From positions 2,214,616-2,278,615 of the forward strand of contig OZ245843.1 of NCBI GenBank assembly GCA_965228875.1: a stretch of DNA of 64,000 nt. The letters are read 5' to 3'. Of the stretch, positions 9,814 through 18,959 are shown one piece after another. This stretch comes from Thalassobaculaceae bacterium. GTDB lineage: Bacteria > Pseudomonadota > Alphaproteobacteria > Thalassobaculales > Thalassobaculaceae. The translations under genes and the position numbers were made by a program. The stretch's first letter is position 1, and each line of letters starts with the position of its first letter. A model generated the notes under the pieces. That model saw only the letters and a program-made list of their open reading frames with translations, ran no database searches and was not told where the DNA came from.

Positions 9814-10107
9814 ATCCAATTTGAAGGGATCTTCAAACGGCCGCCCGCCTGACAGCGCCAGGCGGTCTCGCGCAAGGTGCGAACTGGGAAGTGCTGCGCA
9901 GTTTGCGAAACCGGCTACCGAGCGATCGAAAAGTCCCGCCGCTCTGCGGGTTTCCGCCAGAAAAGCCCTCGGCGCTGATCGGGTCAAACTGGGAAGAGAA
10001 ATCGGCCGTTCCTAGACCGCGCTACTCCACTGTTCGGACAGCGAGGCGGTCATTAGGAGAACAGGCGAAATCGCACATTTAGTGATGTAGAATTCCGGGC
10101 ACCCAAA

Positions 10108-10890
10108 ATGATGGAGTGCGCCATGCCAGTTCGTGCAGGACTAGTCAGCTCTACGCATCTTCCCCCGCGGATATCCCTCGATCCAATCCTTCACGACTAT
10201 CATAGCGCGTTGATTAAGGTCGCGGAGGGCGACGGCTTCATTGTCCATCTTGACGAGGACATGGCCGCATTCTCCGCCTATCTAAGAAGCGCGCCTGGAA
10301 ATGACGGCGCGAACCCAGCACTCGATCCGTCCGCGACAGACATCGAAGATGGCTTCTGGGTCCGCGTCGAACGCGATGGCAAGATCGCGGGTGTCATGGG
10401 TGAGCGGTTCATTGATTGTAGTCGGATCGGATACTACGACTTTGTTAGATCTGGACAGCTGTTCGGTCGAGCAGCTGACGGGCCGCTACCGTTGGCGATC
10501 GAGGGGCCAGGTCCGACGGGGCGCGTTTCATTCGGTGGTGGCGTCTACGTCCATCCAGACGCTCGCGGATCCGGCCTGTCGTGGTTCCTTGCCAACTTTG
10601 GTCGCGCACTAGCGGTTCGGATCTGGAACCTCCATGCCCCGTTCGGAATGATTTTCGATCCGCTCAGGCGCAAGGGACTGGCTGAGGGAAACTATGGTAG
10701 CCATCGAGTCGTAAAGTTAGCCGATGGCTACTTTGCCCCCAAAGGCGACAACGCGATCGTTTGGTCTCTGGAATACGATGTGCCGCGCTTAGTCGAGGGA
10801 ATGCGGGACACGATCCTGCAGGTTGCGCACGGTGGATACGAGCAGATGAGTGACCTGGCGCCTGGGACCAGATCGAAGCGGAAGAACTAG
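10108..10890 (+). CDS. Putative GNAT-fold acyltransferase (prophage accessory gene)
   Basis: Acyl-CoA-binding motif A-like VYVHPDARGSGLS; start may be 10123. Confidence 0.6.
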   Translation: MMECAMPVRAGLVSSTHLPPRISLDPILHDYHSALIKVAEGDGFIVHLDEDMAAFSAYLRSAPGNDGANPALDPSATDIEDGFWVRVERDGKIAGVMGERFIDCSRIGYYDFVRSGQLFGRAADGPLPLAIEGPGPTGRVSFGGGVYVHPDARGSGLSWFLANFGRALAVRIWNLHAPFGMIFDPLRRKGLAEGNYGSHRVVKLADGYFAPKGDNAIVWSLEYDVPRLVEGMRDTILQVAHGGYEQMSDLAPGTRSKRKN

Positions 10891-11325
10891 TCGGCGATAC
10901 ACAGTGCGCAAACCCATGGACGGGCAGATGAGGTCGACTTGCCGAAGGTCGATCTCTCCCTGCCGTTTCACACGAAGATAGTCGCCTTGCGCGTACGTCC
11001 TCAAAGCGCCCCACGGTACCGACGCAATACGCTCGCCACTAAAAGAGTGGCTCCCCCCAATTCGACAATCCTCGCTGTAAAGCGCGAACCTAAATCCAGC
11101 CGGATCGTCGGAAGATACTTCTACTAGATGAGTAGTTGCGATCATGTCAGTGAAAATCAACAGATCTATACCAACATCCTCGACCGATATCCTACCTAAC
11201 CTAGACTTATCGCTTGCCGCCGACTTTAGTTTCAGCAATCCGTTATCGACGCCAACCATAAATTCAGTTTTCCGCGAAGAAATTCGGCCCTGATCATCAC
11301 AGAAAACTTGGTCTCCGCTAGGCAT
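10789..11325 (-). CDS. PAS-like domain protein (PAS_5/DUF1457-like)
   Basis: HLVEV...FRFALYS and C-terminal YRRLVLPL...VTHLLV pattern; start overlaps upstream stop. Confidence 0.55.
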   Translation of the reverse strand: MPSGDQVFCDDQGRISSRKTEFMVGVDNGLLKLKSAASDKSRLGRISVEDVGIDLLIFTDMIATTHLVEVSSDDPAGFRFALYSEDCRIGGSHSFSGERIASVPWGALRTYAQGDYLRVKRQGEIDLRQVDLICPSMGLRTVYRRLVLPLRSGPRRQVTHLLVSTVRNLQDRVPHSLD

Positions 11326-11749
11326 CGATCGGCATCACGGAAACCAGTGCTCCACTAGGCACCTTCAACGGGCAGACGAGAACAGACGTCTCGCCACCAT
11401 ATCTCCAAGGCGGCCGAAAGGCATATACTGTCGGCGCTATGAAACGCCGACGATTGAGCGCCAACCACGCGACTAGAGCTTGAAACTCGGCTGATCTATC
11501 GCCGTCGGGTGGGCTATAGACTGTGCGCGAACCTTGTAAGTCTACTAGAATACCTCTAGGCCCAATAAACGGGCAGTCTGCCAGATACTCTAAGGAAAAC
11601 TCGCCCTTCTGCTTAAACCAATCTATACAAGCATGGTATGTTGCCTGCGACATCTCGGAGATATTGACCTGCCGCACTATAATCGGGAAACCAGGCTGGC
11701 CTAACCGGGCAATATTGTAGACCGCAGCTGAGGCACGACCGTTCCGCAT
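11318..11749 (-). CDS. Hypothetical protein, possibly degenerate PAS-like
   Basis: ORF directly downstream of repressor, coupled to the next gene; GILVDL and SVLVCPL strands. Confidence 0.45.
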   Translation of the reverse strand: MRNGRASAAVYNIARLGQPGFPIIVRQVNISEMSQATYHACIDWFKQKGEFSLEYLADCPFIGPRGILVDLQGSRTVYSPPDGDRSAEFQALVAWLALNRRRFIAPTVYAFRPPWRYGGETSVLVCPLKVPSGALVSVMPIDA

Positions 11750-11792
11750 GGCAAGAGCGTTCTTTGACGTTATGGTTGTTCGGCCGATATGA

Positions 11793-12224
11793 CTACGCGC
11801 CTTCCTCGCGTGTCAAGGGAGCGGCAATCCCCGACTCCACGCCGTCGTTGTGTCGAAGCAGATAGACCGTCCTCTTAGAGATAGCCTCTGCGAGCTCCTC
11901 TGGATCGGGGCGATTAAAAAACTCCGCCGCTCCTAGAATGTACTTCGCCGCCTCACGTGCCGCGTCAGCCACCTGGACATCGTTGACCACCTTGTGCTCG
12001 CCGCTCATGCCGGCAAGCCAATTCAACGACCGCCCGGTCGCTTCACACAACGCGATTGCCGCGGAGAGAGGCATCTTCGCTTCCCCATCGCGGTGTTTTG
12101 CCAGCTGCTCAGACGTACACCCCGCGATCTTCGCGGCGTTCTTCTGGCTTCCGATCATTCCGATCAGCTCGCCAACCCGTTCCTGAAACTCGGGGCTCCA
12201 CCGAGGAACCTTCGTACTCGACAC
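11793..12224 (-). CDS. Prophage repressor (XRE HTH, Mu c position)
   Basis: HTH SQKNAAKIAGCTSEQLAKH...GRSLNWLA; divergent from ner; GTG start with GGGGG RBS chosen (ORF open to 12317). Confidence 0.8.
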   Translation of the reverse strand: MSSTKVPRWSPEFQERVGELIGMIGSQKNAAKIAGCTSEQLAKHRDGEAKMPLSAAIALCEATGRSLNWLAGMSGEHKVVNDVQVADAAREAAKYILGAAEFFNRPDPEELAEAISKRTVYLLRHNDGVESGIAAPLTREEGA

Positions 12225-12250
12225 CGTTATCCCCCAACGGTCATCGCGAG

Positions 12251-12356
12251 AGATCGATAAAACTCGACCACCTTCGTTGACACTCGATTTTTGTCGATCT
12301 ACGCTCATCGTGATCACGATACACCGTCGCTATCACGACGGGTCCCTGTCAACGAA
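12251..12356. promoter_or_regulatory. Immunity switch: early promoter and operator candidates
   Basis: TTGACA(12277)-N17-TACGCT; inverted TCGA-N6-TCGA pair; palindrome ATCGTGATCACGAT; second TTGACA on the minus strand. Confidence 0.65.
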
Positions 12357-12367
12357 AGGGTTAACGA

Positions 12368-12676
12368 ATGGCGCACGCCACTCCGAAACCGAACGTAACC
12401 AACGTCGATCGCTACGAAGTCATGGGGATGGTGAAGTCGCGTGGACACTCTCTCGCGGATCTCGCTGAGCAAAACGGCCTTCATCCGTCCACCGTTCAAA
12501 CGGCTATTTATCGACTTCAACCATCTGGAAATCGAGTTATAGCGACTTTTCTTGGTGTTTCGGTTCATGACCTTTGGCCCGAGTGGTTTGATGCTGCCGG
12601 CAACGTCATCGCCGACAGCACCAAGCGTAAGGCCGAGACCGACGCCGAAACTCGCCAAAACGGTGTCGCCGCATGA
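12368..12676 (+). CDS. ner: Ner-like DNA-binding protein
   Basis: RGHSLADLA...VIATFLGVSVHDLWPEWF Ner/Nlp signature; first early gene. Confidence 0.85.
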   Translation: MAHATPKPNVTNVDRYEVMGMVKSRGHSLADLAEQNGLHPSTVQTAIYRLQPSGNRVIATFLGVSVHDLWPEWFDAAGNVIADSTKRKAETDAETRQNGVAA

Positions 12677-13581
12677 CCAAAGCGTCCGTCAAAATTGACA
12701 GCGGCGCGGGTGCGCAGCCCCTCCCGATCACCTCCATAAGGGTCGAGGATCGGCTTCGGTCGATCGATCACGACCACGTTTCTTGGATTGCCAGCAGCAT
12801 GGCCGAAACCGGTCAGCAGCAGCCGATCATCGTTGCGGAGGTCGGGAAGGACCAGTTCCTACTGGTAGCCGGCGCACATCGCCTGGAAGCCGCGAAGCTC
12901 CTGAAGTGGAAGACGATCGTTGCGGTCCTGGCCAAAGGCACGCCAGAGCAGCTGCGATTGGTCGAGATCGACGAGAACTTGGCGCGCCGAAACCTCTCTG
13001 CGCTCGATCGCGCGATAGCGCTTGGAGAGCGCAAGCGGATCTATGAAGAATTGTACCCGGAAACCAAACAAGGGGGAGATCGCAAGAGCACTGCGAACCC
13101 CGCCGAAGGTCAAAACGACACGATGTCGTTTTGGTCAGCCTCACCTGAGAAGGTGGGGGCGTTCTCGACGGTTACCGCAGAGAAGCTCGGGATCGAGAGA
13201 CGCACAGTAGAACGAGCGGTCCGGATCGCCGCCGCCCTTTCGCCCGAGCTGCGCGAGAACCTGACCGGCCACCCGATCGCCGACAATCAGGCGCAGTTGC
13301 TGAAGCTGGTGAAACTCCCCCCCGAGCAGCGTGAGAAGGCGGTTGCCGCCCTCACCCGCGAGGAAGCCCCGGCAAAGACGGTCCAGGAAGCGGTCGAGGC
13401 GACGGCGGGCCGGGTGAAGACGAAAGAGCGGCCCGCCCATCAGAAGCAATACGACGCGCTGTGCCGCGCCTTCGACGGCGCCAACGCCCGCGCCAAGAAG
13501 CTGTTCATCACCTGGCTCCACGAGAACGGCGCCCTGGACGCGGTCATCGCCACCGCCACCCGCACCGAGGAGGCCGAGTAA
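12673..13581 (+). CDS. ParB-like N-terminal domain protein with HTH
   Basis: QQQPIIV, LVAGAHRLEAA, EIDENLARRNLS, GGDRKS, HTH TAEKLGIERRTVER. Confidence 0.85.
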   Translation: MTKASVKIDSGAGAQPLPITSIRVEDRLRSIDHDHVSWIASSMAETGQQQPIIVAEVGKDQFLLVAGAHRLEAAKLLKWKTIVAVLAKGTPEQLRLVEIDENLARRNLSALDRAIALGERKRIYEELYPETKQGGDRKSTANPAEGQNDTMSFWSASPEKVGAFSTVTAEKLGIERRTVERAVRIAAALSPELRENLTGHPIADNQAQLLKLVKLPPEQREKAVAALTREEAPAKTVQEAVEATAGRVKTKERPAHQKQYDALCRAFDGANARAKKLFITWLHENGALDAVIATATRTEEAE

Positions 13582-13865
13582 TGGCCGACACTCCGAGCAC
13601 CGACGCGCCCGTCGCCGATATCGAGCATCAGGATCTGGTGCGCCGCTATACCGCAAATCCCGCTCTCGCCACGGCCGACCTGCTGCTCGGCAAGATCGAT
13701 GCCGAGACCGGCCTGATCTTTCTCCGTACCGACATCGACGCCCGCGCGGCCTTCCTCGCTTGGGCCGACGATCAGGGTTTGAGCGACGCCGACTGGGGTA
13801 CGGCCCTCATGTTTCTGGATCGGTACTTCCGCCCTTTCCTGTCACCGAACGGATCTTCGCGATGA
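13581..13865 (+). CDS. Phage hypothetical protein
   Basis: GAGGAGG RBS, TAATG coupling. Confidence 0.55.
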   Translation: MADTPSTDAPVADIEHQDLVRRYTANPALATADLLLGKIDAETGLIFLRTDIDARAAFLAWADDQGLSDADWGTALMFLDRYFRPFLSPNGSSR

Positions 13866-14094
13866 CAGCCCTCGCTTGGAGCACGCCTAGATCCGCATCC
13901 GGGTTGTTCCCGGTGTATCTGTCGATGTCGGCCTGGAAGCTACTGAGGAGTGAAGTCAGGCTGACGTCACCATCCCGCTCCAGCAAGGCGAAGACCCGGT
14001 GGCCGGTCTCGGAACCCACGCCCAACTTCGCCGCGCGCTGTCTGTTCTCGACCATCACAGCGCTGATCCGCGCGATCTTGTCATCGTCATCCAT
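13807..14094 (-). CDS. Phage hypothetical protein (antisense to early operon)
   Basis: GGAGAG RBS; fills a gap in plus-strand coding; helical composition. Confidence 0.45.
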   Translation of the reverse strand: MDDDDKIARISAVMVENRQRAAKLGVGSETGHRVFALLERDGDVSLTSLLSSFQADIDRYTGNNPDADLGVLQARAVIAKIRSVTGKGGSTDPET

Positions 14095-14205
14095 TGCTCT
14101 CTCCATCGGGTGTGTCGCTACACCGATGGTAGAGAGCGGCCGGGCGCTCGTCACCTTCCTGACGCGGCGCCCGGCCGGCCTCTCCTGGACATGGGGGTGC
14201 GCGTG

Positions 14206-14679
14206 ATGCCGAAGGGCCATCCAAACCCCTGCGCCGGAACCCTCGACCTCCTCAGCTGGGAGCCGCCGGAGCCGGCGATCCGCTTCGAGCCGGATGACAT
14301 CCGGGCCAACGACATCCAGACGAAGATCGCCCGCGCCGTTTCGGCAGCTCTGCGCCAATCGGATCTCGATCGCGAAGAGGTTGCCCGACGCATGGGCGAG
14401 TTCCTGGGCAAGACAGTCACCCTCGACACCCTCAACGCCTACGCATCGCAGGCCAAGCCCCACGACATCACCCACACCCGCCTGATCGCGCTCGCGCACG
14501 CCTTGGAAGACTGGCGGTTGCTGTCGATCGGCGCAGAGGAAATGGACTGCATCGTCGTGCCCAAGGAATACGAGGAGTTGATCCGCCTCGCCCTGATCTC
14601 CGAGCAGCTGAAGAAGCTGCAGCGAGAGGTCGAAGCCGGCAGCGTCGTCATCGAGAAGCTGGGGCTAGGCAAGCGATGA
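14206..14679 (+). CDS. Phage regulatory protein (CII-like HTH) upstream of transposase
   Basis: REEVARRMGEFLGKTVTLDTLNAYASQA; ATGA overlap with transposase. Confidence 0.65.
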   Translation: MPKGHPNPCAGTLDLLSWEPPEPAIRFEPDDIRANDIQTKIARAVSAALRQSDLDREEVARRMGEFLGKTVTLDTLNAYASQAKPHDITHTRLIALAHALEDWRLLSIGAEEMDCIVVPKEYEELIRLALISEQLKKLQREVEAGSVVIEKLGLGKR

Positions 14680-16613
14680 GCTGGTACAGCGCCAAGGCCC
14701 TCGCCGATCTCGACCTGCCGGGTCTTCCGACCTCCAAGCGCGGCATCCAGGAACTGGCGAAGACCGAGGCCTGGGGCGACCGGTTCGACGGTGAAGGCCA
14801 GCCGCTGGTGCGCAAGCGCGCCGGACGCGGCGGCGGACAAGAGTACCACGTCTCCCTGCTGCCCACGGCTGCGCGAGCCCGCCTGCTGACGGTCGACGAG
14901 CAGCGCGAGGCCGAGGCACCGGCGGCGGCCAACACCGGCGCCGCCTCGGAGGCCTGGCAGCGATACGAGCGGCTGACGGACAAGCAGAAGAGGACGGCCC
15001 ACGACCGGGCGACGATCATGGATCAGGTCGCCGCGCTTGAAGCCGGCGGCACGACGCGTTCGTCGGCGATCGCGCATGTAGCACGGCGGAACGAAGTCGG
15101 CAGTTCGACCCTGCGAGGATGGTTCACCCTCGTGGAAGGCGTGCCCCGCACCGACTGGCCAGCCTTTGTCGCCCCCCGCTATGTCGGCCGCACGGCGACC
15201 GCCGAGTGCTCCCAGGAAGCCTGGGACATGCTGGTGACCCTGTACCTGCGCAGTTCCAAGGCCCCGTTCTCGACCTGCTACCACCGGGTGGCCGAGGCCG
15301 CCGAGAAGCACGGCTGGATCGTGCCGCCGGAGCGCACCTTGAAGCGCCGGCTCGACAAGGAGATCCCGCGCACCCAGCAGATCCTCGCCCGCAAGGGTCC
15401 GGAGGCATTCGAGCGCACCAAGCCGGCACAGCGGCGCGACCGCTCCGTCTTCAAGGCCCTGGAGGCGGTCAACGCCGACGGCCACAAGGTGGATGTGTTC
15501 GTGAAGATCCCCGGACAGAAGAAGCCGGGCCGCGCGATCGTGGTGGCGTTCCAGGACCTCTACAGCGGCAAGATCCTGTCTTGGCGCCTGGCGCTGACCG
15601 AGAACGTCGACGCGGTGCGCCTCGCCTATGGCGACTTGGTGACCCGCTGGGGCATCCCGTCTCACGTCTACATCGACAACGGCAAGGCCTTCGCCTCGAA
15701 GGACATGACCGGCCAGACGGGCAAGCGGTACCGCTTCAAGGTCATGGAGGACGAGGCCCAGGGGATCTTCGGGCAGTTCGGGACCGAAGTGCATTTCACG
15801 ACGCCGTATCGCGGCCAGGCCAAGCCGATCGAGCGCGCCTTCCGCGACTTCTGCGACACCATCGCCAAGCATCCCCGGTTCGTCGGCGCCTACACCGGCA
15901 ACTCGCCGACCAACAAGCCCTTCGATCACGGCGCCCGCGCCGTCGAGCTGGAGGAGCTGCAGGCGGTGATCGAACAGGAAGTGATCCGCCACAACGCTCG
16001 GCCCGGCCGGCGGGCGGCGACCTGCAACGGCCGGTCGTTCGACCAGACCTTCGCCGAGAGCTACGAGACCCAGTCGATCCGCAAGGCCGGGCCGGAGATG
16101 CGCCGCCAGTTCCTGCTGCGCTCGGAGCTGCGCCCGACACATCGCGAGAGCGGCGAGATCACGTTCATGGGCAACGCCTATTGGGCGGAGCCGCTCACGC
16201 AATGGGCCGGCAAGAAGGTCCTCGTCCGATACGACCCGGCGGATCTGCACGGCGGGATCTCGGTCTACACGCACCGCAACGAGTTCATCTGCGAGGCGCC
16301 TTGCGCCCAGGCGGCCGGCTTCAACAACACCGATGCCGCCCGCGATCACGCCCGCGCGAACAAGGCCCGCCTGAAGGCCGAGCGCGAGCAGCTCGAAGCG
16401 AACCGGCGCATGGGCCTGGACGACGCCGTCTCCCGGCTCGCCGCCGTCGAGCTGCCGGAGGACCCCCAGGCCAGCATCATTCAGCCCGACTTCAGCCGCC
16501 GCACCGTTTCACGCGCCGTCGGCGACGGGCTCGAAGACGACGCCCCCGGCTTCATGGATCGCATGGCCGCCTCCGTCACAAGCATCGCCGACACCCGACG
16601 TCGACGCCGCTAG
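14676..16613 (+). CDS. Mu-type DDE transposase (MuA)
   Basis: N-terminal Mu HTH (GRGGGQEYHVSLLP), NADGH, YIDNGKAF, AKPIERAF, VLVRYDP C-terminal domain. Confidence 0.95.
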   Translation: MSWYSAKALADLDLPGLPTSKRGIQELAKTEAWGDRFDGEGQPLVRKRAGRGGGQEYHVSLLPTAARARLLTVDEQREAEAPAAANTGAASEAWQRYERLTDKQKRTAHDRATIMDQVAALEAGGTTRSSAIAHVARRNEVGSSTLRGWFTLVEGVPRTDWPAFVAPRYVGRTATAECSQEAWDMLVTLYLRSSKAPFSTCYHRVAEAAEKHGWIVPPERTLKRRLDKEIPRTQQILARKGPEAFERTKPAQRRDRSVFKALEAVNADGHKVDVFVKIPGQKKPGRAIVVAFQDLYSGKILSWRLALTENVDAVRLAYGDLVTRWGIPSHVYIDNGKAFASKDMTGQTGKRYRFKVMEDEAQGIFGQFGTEVHFTTPYRGQAKPIERAFRDFCDTIAKHPRFVGAYTGNSPTNKPFDHGARAVELEELQAVIEQEVIRHNARPGRRAATCNGRSFDQTFAESYETQSIRKAGPEMRRQFLLRSELRPTHRESGEITFMGNAYWAEPLTQWAGKKVLVRYDPADLHGGISVYTHRNEFICEAPCAQAAGFNNTDAARDHARANKARLKAEREQLEANRRMGLDDAVSRLAAVELPEDPQASIIQPDFSRRTVSRAVGDGLEDDAPGFMDRMAASVTSIADTRRRRR

Positions 16614-16634
16614 CCCCCAGCCGAGGAGATCGTC

Positions 16635-17603
16635 TTGAACGCCACTGCCCCCACACTGCAACGAACCGCCCTATCACAGGACACCGTGCGCGCGGCCGTT
16701 CGAGAATCGATCGACAAAGATCCTGCCCTGACCCAATCCAAGATCGGCCAGCAGACCGGCTATTCCTCAAGCGCCATCTCATCGTTCCTGGCCGGACGCT
16801 ATAACGGCGACAATGACCAGTTGACTGCGGCCCTGGCCGGCTGGCTCGAAAAGTATCGTGCGAGCCGGAACATCGCCAACCTGCTCGGCAACCGTGACGA
16901 CTGGATCGAGACCCCAACGGCGCGACGGGTCTGGAACGCCCTCTCCGGGTGCCAGACGATGGCCGATTTCTCGCTGGTCTACGGCCACCCGGGCACGGGC
17001 AAGTCCGAGACGGCGAAGCAGTACGCGAAGACATACCGCCCGGTGTGGATCGTCACGGCCCGCCCCTCGATCGCCGCCCGTCACCCCTTCCTCTGCGAGA
17101 TCGCCGCCACCCTGAAGGGTGACGCCCTGGCCAAGGGCACCGACCGCACACTGTCCAACGCGATCATCAAGCACATTAGCGGCACCGAGGGTCTGCTCGT
17201 GATTGATGAGGCACAGTACCTCCTGAAGCCGACGATCGACGAGGTGCGCGCCATCCACGATGCCAGCGCCACCGGCGTCTGTCTCATGGGCAACGACATG
17301 GTCTACGCCCGCACCCACGGCGACGGTCAGGGCCATGAGTTCGCCCAGCTCATCCGACGCTGCAAGTACAAGGTTCCGATCAAGCGGCCGACCAAGGGCG
17401 ATGTCCGCGCGGTCGCGGCACATTTCGCGATCACCGGCGACGCGGAGATCGCCGTGCTCGAAGACATCGCCAAAACACCTGGCGCCATCGATCACTGCAT
17501 CGCCGCGATCCGCATGGTCCTGATCTCCGATCAGTTCGGCGGCCACGTCACGGCCGACGGCCTGCGCCAGGTCGCCGACGAGTGGGCGGTCCACGTGCAA
17601 TGA
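16635..17603 (+). CDS. MuB-like AAA+ transposition ATPase
   Basis: N-terminal HTH, GHPGTGKS Walker A, LLVIDEAQ Walker B, LMGN. Confidence 0.93.
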   Translation: MNATAPTLQRTALSQDTVRAAVRESIDKDPALTQSKIGQQTGYSSSAISSFLAGRYNGDNDQLTAALAGWLEKYRASRNIANLLGNRDDWIETPTARRVWNALSGCQTMADFSLVYGHPGTGKSETAKQYAKTYRPVWIVTARPSIAARHPFLCEIAATLKGDALAKGTDRTLSNAIIKHISGTEGLLVIDEAQYLLKPTIDEVRAIHDASATGVCLMGNDMVYARTHGDGQGHEFAQLIRRCKYKVPIKRPTKGDVRAVAAHFAITGDAEIAVLEDIAKTPGAIDHCIAAIRMVLISDQFGGHVTADGLRQVADEWAVHVQ

Positions 17604-17905
17604 GCCGGATCGGTCCCTCCTCCCGCGCCAGCTGCAAGGCCTGCGGCGCCGAGATGCATCCCAATGCGGTGATGTGTTCGGCGTGCATGGCTCTGCTGCC
17701 GCGCGTGGACCGGGACCTGCTCGCCATCAAACGCCGGGTCTGGCTGTCGTCGCCGGATCCGGATGTCCGCGCCATCAACCTCCACGTCTTCATGGGCGTG
17801 AGGCACGCCGCGATCGCCAAGGTCATGCACCTGCGACGCGACATGGCGCGAGCCGCCGCGGGCTCTTCATCCAAGCCCGCTTCAACCGCCTTTCATGCCC
17901 CCTGA
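17600..17905 (+). CDS. Phage hypothetical protein with C4 zinc finger
   Basis: CKAC...CSAC; ATGA coupling. Confidence 0.55.
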   Translation: MSRIGPSSRASCKACGAEMHPNAVMCSACMALLPRVDRDLLAIKRRVWLSSPDPDVRAINLHVFMGVRHAAIAKVMHLRRDMARAAAGSSSKPASTAFHAP

Positions 17906-17917
17906 AAGGAGTCTTCT

Positions 17918-18538
17918 ATGCCCCCGCACTACAATCGAGTACCAGCCGCCGAGCGGGCGCGCGTCGCCTGGGCCGGCCTGCCCCCCTCCGAGATCCAGGC
18001 GCTTGCCCGCGCCTGCGACGAGAAGGGTCAGAACCGGATCGCGAACGAGATCGGCATCGCCCGGTCGACAGTCTCCGAGCTGATCAACAACAAGCGGGAC
18101 CTGGCGGGTCATCGCACAAAGCTGATCAACGGCCTCGCGGCAATCGGTTTCCCGGCCGACGCCGAGAGTGTCGGGCCGCCAACGAACATCGCCGTAGAGG
18201 TCACGAGGCCGACACCGGATCTCGGCGAGATCGACTGGCGCGACGAGCCCGATCAGCCCCTACGCCGTGGACGTGTGGTCTTCGCGGCGCAGATGTGCGC
18301 GCTCCACTGGGCCATTGTCGCCGAGGGCGAGGATGGTCGCGTGCCGCTCATCATTCGCAAAGACATCGCCGGCGCCTCGATGAGCGCGGTTGTGATGCGG
18401 GCCGACCCGATCACAGGTCGGTTCCTTGCCTCGCAGACGCTGCTCGGCCGCCCGCCGCACAAGGGTCTCGGGGCGCAAATCAACCTCCTGGCCGAGGCGG
18501 CGCTGTTCTATGCGACAGGCGCCGGTGCATACCTATGA
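17918..18538 (+). CDS. Phage HTH-domain protein
   Basis: AAAGGAG RBS; QNRIANEIGIARSTVSELINNK HTH. Confidence 0.7.
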   Translation: MPPHYNRVPAAERARVAWAGLPPSEIQALARACDEKGQNRIANEIGIARSTVSELINNKRDLAGHRTKLINGLAAIGFPADAESVGPPTNIAVEVTRPTPDLGEIDWRDEPDQPLRRGRVVFAAQMCALHWAIVAEGEDGRVPLIIRKDIAGASMSAVVMRADPITGRFLASQTLLGRPPHKGLGAQINLLAEAALFYATGAGAYL

Positions 18539-18840
18539 CCGCGTCCTTCCATGGCCCGGAAGCCGGCAGCGTATCGCTGAGCGGGTTCTCCGTGTTCCCG
18601 CGCATCGGATCGACCGTGAGCTTCTGGTGCGCCCAGAACGACGAGCCCGTCCGGGTCGTCGCCACCGTCGCGACCTACTACGGGCGGGACGGTCGACGGA
18701 TCTTCTCGCTCGCCCACCAGGGCCGAACCTTTCAGGCCGAGTTCGTCACCACCGAGGGCCGGTTGCACATCGCGCCGATCGACGAGCGCGGCGGAACGCC
18801 CGCCTCCTATCCCTGCGACGTCCGGGGGCCGGCGTCATGA
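18535..18840 (+). CDS. Phage hypothetical protein
   Basis: ATGA overlaps at both ends. Confidence 0.55.
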   Translation: MTASFHGPEAGSVSLSGFSVFPRIGSTVSFWCAQNDEPVRVVATVATYYGRDGRRIFSLAHQGRTFQAEFVTTEGRLHIAPIDERGGTPASYPCDVRGPAS

Positions 18841-18959
18841 CCAGCCGTCGTGCCACGCGCCAGCGCATCCTTTGCTCCGGCCCGCTTTGGTTTCTCCGCC
18901 AGCAGTTTCGCTGGTGGTTCCTGCGCCCAACCAACCATCTCCCAAGGAGGTTCAATTGA
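18837..18959 (+). CDS. Small basic phage protein (40 aa)
   Basis: 4-bp overlaps with both neighbours. Confidence 0.35.
   Translation: MTSRRATRQRILCSGPLWFLRQQFRWWFLRPTNHLPRRFN

Noticed and set aside
14439..16349. 636-aa minus-strand ORF, and similar long antisense ORFs (e.g. 32476-34764, 51702-53858, 55722-57623, 60871-62781)
   Set aside because: Shadow frames of well-supported genes in high-GC DNA; no motifs
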